Assembly (NCBI GenBank): GCA_964488505.1
Contig: CAZAUI010000002.1
Location: 71,419-135,418, forward strand
Length of the DNA stretch: 64,000 nucleotides
Reading direction: 5' to 3'
From: an uncultured Thermoplasmata archaeon
GTDB taxonomy: Archaea > Thermoplasmatota > Thermoplasmata > UBA10834
Shown: piece by piece, positions 58,548 through 64,000 of the stretch
Numbering within the stretch: the stretch's first letter is position 1
Layout of the letters: every line of letters begins with the position of its first letter
The notes under the pieces: generated by a model
Databases searched by the model: none
The model's input: the letters and a program-made list of their open reading frames with translations, nothing else
Told to the model about the DNA's origin: nothing
Translations under genes and position numbers: made by a program

Positions 58548-59433
58548 GCAGTTCCGAGAGGCCTTCTTCCAGGGACACCTTCGGCGAGAAGCCGAGCTTA
58601 TCCTTCGCCCTGGTCACGTCCGCGAGGCTGTGCCTTATGTCCCCCTTCCTGGGGTCCGTGAACTCAGGCTCGAGCCGCCTCCCCGAGACCGATACGGTCG
58701 TCCTCGCGAGGTCCAGGATGCTCGTCGACCGGCCCGAGCCGCAGTTGAAGACCATGCCGGACACGGAGGGCGCGTCCAGGAGCCTCACGGCCATGGCCGC
58801 GACGTCCCGCGCGTGTATGAAATCCCTTGTCTGGAGCCCGTCCCCTTCTATCACCGGGGCCTTGCCCCTCCTGACGCGCTCCACGAACTTCGTGATGACT
58901 CCCGAGTACGGGCTCGACGGGTCCGCCCTGACGGAGTAGAAGTTGAAGGGCCTCATGGCCACGACCTCCATCCGCGTGGTGTGCCCGAACGCGAGCGTGA
59001 ACCTCTCGCCCGCGAGCTTGCTCGCGCCGTAGTTGCTCATGGGCTCCGTCGGATGGTCCTCCGGGATCGGCACGCCCCGCGGGTTCCCGTACACCGCGGC
59101 GCTGCTCACATACACGAACCGCCTCACGCCCGAACGCGCGGACGCGTTCAGCATGTTGACCGTGCCTATCACGTTGGCCTGAGCGTCCCCGACAGGGTCC
59201 TCGGTCGACCTCTCGACGCTGACCTGGGCTGCGCAGTGCACCACGGAATCGACCCCCCTGGTCGCCCGGACCGCGTCCGCCTCGTTCCGGATGTCCCCGG
59301 GCACGGTCAGGTCGCGCGTGGATGCGTGGAGCGAGGGCGCGATGTCCAGGCCGGAGACCTCGTGCGCTCCGGCCAGGTGCTCGCATATGTACGAGCCCAG
59401 CTGCCCCGATGAACCTGTTACGAGGACCTTCAT
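58540..59433 (-). CDS. NAD-dependent nucleotide-sugar epimerase/dehydratase (extended SDR)
   Basis: MKVLVTGSSGQLGSYICEHL...VYVSSAAVYG...YGASKLAGE (Y-x3-K). Confidence 0.85.
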   Translation of the reverse strand: MKVLVTGSSGQLGSYICEHLAGAHEVSGLDIAPSLHASTRDLTVPGDIRNEADAVRATRGVDSVVHCAAQVSVERSTEDPVGDAQANVIGTVNMLNASARSGVRRFVYVSSAAVYGNPRGVPIPEDHPTEPMSNYGASKLAGERFTLAFGHTTRMEVVAMRPFNFYSVRADPSSPYSGVITKFVERVRRGKAPVIEGDGLQTRDFIHARDVAAMAVRLLDAPSVSGMVFNCGSGRSTSILDLARTTVSVSGRRLEPEFTDPRKGDIRHSLADVTRAKDKLGFSPKVSLEEGLSELLS

Positions 59434-59452
59434 GACCGGAACCCCCTCGGGC

Positions 59453-60430
59453 TCACTTGACCTGCTCCTTGCTGCCGGACGCGACGGACCTGAGGGCGGC
59501 GTCGGCTATCTTCAGCGTCTTGACCGCGCTCTCGCCCGTCACGAGCGGCTCGCGGTCCTTCTCGACTGCGGACATGAAGTCCGAGAGCTCCCGCCTGAGC
59601 GGCTCCTCCTTCCTGAGCGCTATCCGCCTCAGGTCGAACTCGAGCGGCACGTTGAACAGGTTGCCCGCCTCGAACGGCTTGAAGGAGGACGAGCACACCT
59701 GGGCGCTCTGCTCCATGTAGTCCAGCTCGACGAAGTTCTTGCTGCAGGTCAGGGCGAGCTTCCTCACCTTCATGGGCGTGAGCCAGTTTACCTCCACGAA
59801 GCCCGTGGCGCCCTTGTCGAAGTCTATGAGCATGTTCGCGTGGTCCTCGAACTCGATCCCGTTGCCCCGGCCACCCAGGGCGTAGACCGACCTCGCCTCC
59901 TGGTCGACCACGTGCTGTATGACATCTATGTCGTGTATGCCGAGGTCCATGACTACCCCGACGTCCTTTATCCTGGACGGGAGGGACGACACCCGCCTGC
60001 TCGCGGCCGTGATGATCTCCCCGTACTCCCCGCTCTGGACCCCCATCTTCGCGAAGCCCACCACGGGGTTGTGCCTCTCGACGAACCCGCCCGCGAGCAC
60101 GAGCCCCTGCTTCTTCGCGAGGGAGACGAGCTCCAGCAGGTCGGACGGCCTCCCCGTCATGGGCTTCTCCAGGAGCAAGTGCTTCCCCGCCTTGAGCGCG
60201 TCCGAGGCGACCGCCTTGTGCGTGGTCGTCGGCGTGACTATCACTACGGCGTCCAGGTCCTTCTTCAGGAGGGCCGTGTGGTCCGTGAACGCATCCACGG
60301 AGTACTTGCCCCCGACCTTCTTCGCGGCCTCGGGCGATATGTCGGATACGCCCGCGAGGACGCCCATGTCCGCCAGTATCCTCGCATGGTTCTGGCCCAT
60401 CGAGCCGACGCCTATCACGCCTACGCGCAT
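59453..60430 (-). CDS. Gfo/Idh/MocA-family NAD(P)-dependent oxidoreductase (UDP-sugar 3-dehydrogenase WbpB-like)
   Basis: MRVGVIGVGSMGQNHARIL...EKPM... Rossmann N-terminus plus GFO_IDH_MocA C-terminal domain; ATG at 60428-60430. Confidence 0.8.
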   Translation of the reverse strand: MRVGVIGVGSMGQNHARILADMGVLAGVSDISPEAAKKVGGKYSVDAFTDHTALLKKDLDAVVIVTPTTTHKAVASDALKAGKHLLLEKPMTGRPSDLLELVSLAKKQGLVLAGGFVERHNPVVGFAKMGVQSGEYGEIITAASRRVSSLPSRIKDVGVVMDLGIHDIDVIQHVVDQEARSVYALGGRGNGIEFEDHANMLIDFDKGATGFVEVNWLTPMKVRKLALTCSKNFVELDYMEQSAQVCSSSFKPFEAGNLFNVPLEFDLRRIALRKEEPLRRELSDFMSAVEKDREPLVTGESAVKTLKIADAALRSVASGSKEQVK

Positions 60431-60534
60431 GGGTGCGGAATCCGTATCGTCGGTAAATAACCCTTGGGTTCCGCGCGACGCCGTCTCCGTCAAAACCTTA
60501 TTACCTCTTCGCGATACCTGCCATGGTCGATTGA

Positions 60535-60714
60535 ATGAAGAAGAAGCTGATGGACATACTGGCGTGCCCCGTGTGCAAGCACCACCCGCTCGAGCTCAAG
60601 GTCACCAAGGAGGACGACAAGGAGGTCCTGTCGGGGACCATCAGGTGCCCCAAGTGCGCGGTCGACTACCCCATCGAGGACGGCATACCGAACATGCTGC
60701 CCCCGGGTTCCTGA
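60535..60714 (+). CDS. Trm112-like small zinc-ribbon protein (DUF343), 59 aa - below the ORF-track cutoff
   Basis: MKKKLMDILACPVCKHHPLELKVTKEDDKEVLSGTIRCPKCAVDYPIEDGIPNMLPPGS - ILACPxCK...CPxC...YPIxDGIPxLL is the Trm112p signature. Confidence 0.55.
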   Translation: MKKKLMDILACPVCKHHPLELKVTKEDDKEVLSGTIRCPKCAVDYPIEDGIPNMLPPGS

Positions 60715-61173
60715 TCAGGCCTTGTCCTTCGGCCTCGATTCGAGCGCCCACTTGAGCATGTCCAGGCTCTTGCCCCACGCGTCCTCTATCGTCCTGGCCA
60801 AGGCCCGCTTCTCGTCCTCGCGTATGTTCATGGTCGCAGGCATCTCGAATTCGAAGTCCAGGGTCACCAGCGCCTTCCCGCCGATGTCCCTGAACTCCCA
60901 CGCGGTCTTCGTCCTCACGCCCCTCATCGACTTGAGCACTATCCTCCGGTTCTTCACGAAGTCCGTGATGTCCACCGTGGTCCTCATCTGCACCTTGTCC
61001 CCGAGCAGCATCGTGAGGTCCAGGGAGGTGCCCTGGCCGTACTGGACCAGGCTGGTGGCCTCCATGTCGACGAACATGGGTAGGTAGTTCGAGAAGTTCC
61101 GCCAGTCGGCGACATACTCGAAGGCGTCCTCCACCCGGGAGGAGATGGAGGCCCTCCGCTTGATCGCGGGCAT
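60715..61173 (-). CDS. SRPBCC (START/Bet v1/polyketide-cyclase-like) domain protein
   Basis: 153 aa from ATG 61171-61173 (MPAIKRRASISSRVEDAFEYVADWRNFSNYLP...). The ORF-track 411-aa extension is high-GC artefact. Confidence 0.5.
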   Translation of the reverse strand: MPAIKRRASISSRVEDAFEYVADWRNFSNYLPMFVDMEATSLVQYGQGTSLDLTMLLGDKVQMRTTVDITDFVKNRRIVLKSMRGVRTKTAWEFRDIGGKALVTLDFEFEMPATMNIREDEKRALARTIEDAWGKSLDMLKWALESRPKDKA

Positions 61174-61353
61174 CTGTTCCGGGTGAGAAGCACCGGGAGG
61201 GTATTTAGGGGTTCTCAGGGAGGACGGCGGGGCAGACGGCCCCCGCGAGGTACACAATAAGACGTTTGCGCACTGGCTGGATGCAACACATTGATATCGG
61301 GGAGGCCCTGTTCCCGTTAAGCCGCGCGTGGAACGCGCGGAAAGGTGAGCTAG

Positions 61354-62922
61354 ATGAAGGTGCTCGTCGCGGACGAGATTTCGAAGGGCGGCGTGGAGAT
61401 GCTGAAGGCCCAGGGCTACAAGGTCGACGTGAAGCTCGGGCTCAAGGAGGACGAGCTGGTCAAGGCCATCAAGGACTACGACGTACTCCTGGTCAGGAGC
61501 GCGACCAAGGCCACGAGGAAGGTCATCATGGCCTCGAAGCTGAAGGTCATAGGCAGGGCCGGCATCGGAGTGGACAACATCGACGTGGCCGCGGCCACGG
61601 AGAAGGGCATATTGGTCATGAACGCGCCGTCCGGGAACGTCATCTCGACCGCTGAGCTCACGGTAGGGCTGCTGTTCGCGCTCGCGAGGAAGATACCGCA
61701 GGCGGACGCGTCCACCAAGAAGGGCGAGTGGAAGAGGAAGGAGATGAAGGGCCTCCAGATAGCCGGCAAGACCCTGGGCATCGTGGGCCTGGGCAGGGTC
61801 GGGGCCGAGGTGTCCAAGCGCGCGGCCGCGCTCGGCATGAAGGTCATCGCCTACGACCCGCTCGTGTCCCCCGAGGTCGGCGTCCGGCTGCACGTCAGGC
61901 TCGTCACGCTCGACAGGCTCCTCGAGGAGTCCGACTTCGTCACCGTGCACACGCCCCTGACGCCCCAGACGAAGGACATGCTGGGGAAGTCCGAGCTCGC
62001 GAGGATGAAGAAGAGCGCCATGATAGTCAACTGCGCCCGCGGGGGTGTCGTGAACGAGGACGCGCTGTACGAGGCTCTATCCGAGGGCAGGCTCGCCGGG
62101 GCAGCCATCGATGTGTTCACCGAGGAGCCCCCGAAGGGATCGAAGCTGCTGGCGCTCGACAACGTGGTGCTCACGCCGCACCTGGGCGCCACGACGAAGG
62201 AGGCCCAGGAGGATGTGGGCTCCGAGATCGCGGAGCAGGTCATCGCGTACCTCAAGGACAACATCATCAGGAACGCGCTCAACCTCCCGGCGAAGCTGGA
62301 CCCGGAGATAGTCCCGTACATGCCCCTGGCCGAGAAGCTCGGCACGTTCATATGCCAGCTGGGGAAGTGCGGCACCGGCAAGGTGGAGATATCCTGCAGG
62401 GGCGAGCTGGCCCAGAAGGATGTGCGGATAATCGCCGCATCCGTCGTCACGGGCCTCCTGAAGCCGATATCCGAGGAGTTCACGGTCAACTACATCAACG
62501 CGCTCTCGTTCGCGAAGGCCAGGGGGATAGAGATCGTCTCCTCGACATCGGAGGACGCGGGCCCGTACAAGAACCTGATAAGGGTCACGATGCACACGGA
62601 CGGCATCGCCGCGTCCGTCGCTGGCTCGCTCATGCCGGACAAGGGCCCGAGGCTGGTCGAGATAGACGGGAACATGGTGGACATCGTCCCCGAAGGCGAC
62701 CTGCTGCTGATATCGCACATGGACAAGCCGGGCATGATCGGCAAGGTCGGCACGGTCCTGGGGGACAACGACGTCAACATCGCGAGCATGGAGGTCGCGA
62801 GGAGCAAGTCCCGCGGACCCGCGGTCATGATACTCGAGATAGACGACCAGATACCCCCGGATGTCATGGAGAAGGTCAGGGCGATCCCGGACCTGAACTC
62901 CGCGACCTACGTGAGGCTCTGA
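61354..62922 (+). CDS. serA: D-3-phosphoglycerate dehydrogenase with C-terminal ACT domain
   Basis: MKVLVADEIS...GIGVDNIDV...GLGRVGAEVSKRAAALGMKVIAYDP...CARGGVVNE... plus ACT (...LLISHMDKPGMIGKVGTVLGDNDVNIASMEV...). Confidence 0.9.
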   Translation: MKVLVADEISKGGVEMLKAQGYKVDVKLGLKEDELVKAIKDYDVLLVRSATKATRKVIMASKLKVIGRAGIGVDNIDVAAATEKGILVMNAPSGNVISTAELTVGLLFALARKIPQADASTKKGEWKRKEMKGLQIAGKTLGIVGLGRVGAEVSKRAAALGMKVIAYDPLVSPEVGVRLHVRLVTLDRLLEESDFVTVHTPLTPQTKDMLGKSELARMKKSAMIVNCARGGVVNEDALYEALSEGRLAGAAIDVFTEEPPKGSKLLALDNVVLTPHLGATTKEAQEDVGSEIAEQVIAYLKDNIIRNALNLPAKLDPEIVPYMPLAEKLGTFICQLGKCGTGKVEISCRGELAQKDVRIIAASVVTGLLKPISEEFTVNYINALSFAKARGIEIVSSTSEDAGPYKNLIRVTMHTDGIAASVAGSLMPDKGPRLVEIDGNMVDIVPEGDLLLISHMDKPGMIGKVGTVLGDNDVNIASMEVARSKSRGPAVMILEIDDQIPPDVMEKVRAIPDLNSATYVRL

Positions 62923-62938
62923 GGGCCCCTAGCAGAGA

Positions 62939-63955
62939 TCATCTCTTCCTTCGCCTGAGCAGGAGCACCGCGACCGCTATCGCCGCCAGGCACGCGACCG
63001 CCACCAGGGCGCCATAGTACAGGGCGCCCATGTCGTCCCCGTTCGGAGGCACCGTGAACGTGATCGTCTCCGATACACTGTTGCCCGCGTTGTCGTACGC
63101 GACCAGCTCGACCGTGTGCGAGCCCTCCTCCAGGTCCGGGTAGACATGCATCTGCTCCAGAAGGGTCGACGCGTAAGCCTGCGTGCCCTCTTCGTAAACC
63201 AGGTCGACTAGGTATGTGTGAGGTGCCTGCCCGTCCAGGGATATCTCGTATTTGTCGATCCCGCTCACGACATCGCTGCAAGTCCATGTGACCGCGGCCT
63301 CGCCGGAGGACAGGTCCTCCGCGTCGACCAGACGGAGCTCGATCACCGTCGGCGCGGCCGTATCTATCTTGACCGTCGTCTCCTGCACCGGCTCGTGGTT
63401 CGACTCCATGTCCACGGAATAGAACTGGACCGTGTGGACGCCGTCGAACTGAAGCTCGAACGCGCTCTCGTACCGGGCGTACGCATCCCCGTCCACCGAG
63501 CATCGCGTCTCGGCGATGCCGGATTCGTCCTCCGCGGAGAGGCTCACGAGGACGCTGGACACGAACCAGCCGTCTTCGCCTTCAGTACCTGTGGCCGATG
63601 CGGTCGTCACCGGAGGGTCCAGCTCCGGGACGGTGACCTCCGCGCTCGCCCACCCGGTCATGTTGTCCGTGTCCCTGACCGCGACGGTCACCTCGAACGT
63701 GCCCTCTATTCCGAAGTCGTACTCGAAGACGGGCTCGTGGGACCACTCGGAGTCCCATATGCCGTCCGAGGTGGCGTCCCACGTGAACATGAGGTCCTCC
63801 CGGCTGTCCTCGCTGTCGCACGACTGCGACGCGTTGAAGACGTACTGCGAGGCGCTGGTCGCCTCGGGCGCGAGCGCGCACACTAAACAGGCCATGGGAG
63901 GCGTGTCCGGGCCCCAATACGAGAACTCGACCCAGGGCAAGCCGCAGGGCAGCAC
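62939..63955 (-). CDS. Secreted PKD plus Ig-like (Y-x-S-x-D-x-AGN type) surface protein with C-terminal TM anchor; 5' end may lie beyond the window
   Basis: ...FEYDFGIEGTFEVTVAVRDTDN... PKD, then ...HTVQFYSVDMESNHE...IDTAAPT... and ...HTVELVAYDNAGNSVSE... modules, TM ALYYGALVAVACLAAIAVAVLLL + RRRKR. Confidence 0.65.
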   Translation of the reverse strand: MLPCGLPWVEFSYWGPDTPPMACLVCALAPEATSASQYVFNASQSCDSEDSREDLMFTWDATSDGIWDSEWSHEPVFEYDFGIEGTFEVTVAVRDTDNMTGWASAEVTVPELDPPVTTASATGTEGEDGWFVSSVLVSLSAEDESGIAETRCSVDGDAYARYESAFELQFDGVHTVQFYSVDMESNHEPVQETTVKIDTAAPTVIELRLVDAEDLSSGEAAVTWTCSDVVSGIDKYEISLDGQAPHTYLVDLVYEEGTQAYASTLLEQMHVYPDLEEGSHTVELVAYDNAGNSVSETITFTVPPNGDDMGALYYGALVAVACLAAIAVAVLLLRRRKR

Positions 63956-64000
63956 GTCCAGCCGGTCCCATTCCGCGGACAGGTTCCCGTGCTCCTCCTG

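Noticed and set aside
59291-60460. 389-aa + strand ORF
   Set aside because: Antisense to the Gfo/Idh/MocA gene; His/Arg/Leu-rich.
61728-63017. 429-aa + strand ORF
   Set aside because: Out-of-frame overlap of serA; Arg/Gly/His-rich artefact.
1-64000. CRISPR arrays, rRNA and intact tRNA genes
   Set aside because: No regularly spaced direct repeats of 24-40 bp, no rRNA-like conserved blocks and no cloverleaf-compatible tRNA were seen on reading the intergenic regions.

Overview
The window is a 64 kb piece of a high-GC (about 60-65%) archaeal chromosome. It is most likely a methylotrophic-methanogen-type euryarchaeon such as Methanomassiliicoccales; this is inferred from a partial MttB-family methyltransferase gene at the 5' end, C-terminally TM-anchored substrate-binding proteins, archaeosortase/PEF-CTERM, DUF1616/DUF835/DUF111 proteins, an Lrp regulator and leaderless TATA promoters.

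- 0.4-5.9 kb: two tandem paralogous family-5 solute-binding lipoprotein-like genes with PKD/Ig extensions.
- 5.9-10.3 kb: arsM, hypothetical membrane proteins and proC.
- 10.7-14.2 kb: a dTDP-rhamnose operon (rfbBCDA).
- About 14.2-38.3 kb: a roughly 24 kb distinctly lower-GC (about 45-50%) glycan-biosynthesis island. It carries a Wzx flippase, an F420H2-dehydrogenase-beta-like/pyruvyl-transferase pair, GT2/GT4 glycosyltransferases, two GT-C-like membrane proteins, an archaeosortase-family protein, an AglH-type GlcNAc-1-P transferase, two CmcI-type sugar O-methyltransferases and a radical-SAM/SPASM enzyme. It also holds an IS5 transposase fragment and a degraded tyrosine-integrase remnant.
- 38.3-50.5 kb: MFS and Lrp genes, then a cluster of surface proteins (DUF835 sensor, Kelch propeller, acidic Cys protein, PEF-CTERM beta-helix protein with a 66-bp tandem repeat, S8 subtilase with an unusual C-terminal domain, UppP, PKD protein).
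- 50.6-54.5 kb: a sulfur-relay cluster (Zn-ribbon protein, LarC-like DUF111, TusA, DsrE, IscS).
- 54.7-64.0 kb: a large surface protein, nucleotide-sugar modification genes (UDP-sugar dehydrogenase, epimerase, Gfo/Idh/MocA), a Trm112-like protein, an SRPBCC protein, serA and a second PKD/Ig surface protein.

Many long ORFs antisense to real genes are GC artefacts and were not called.
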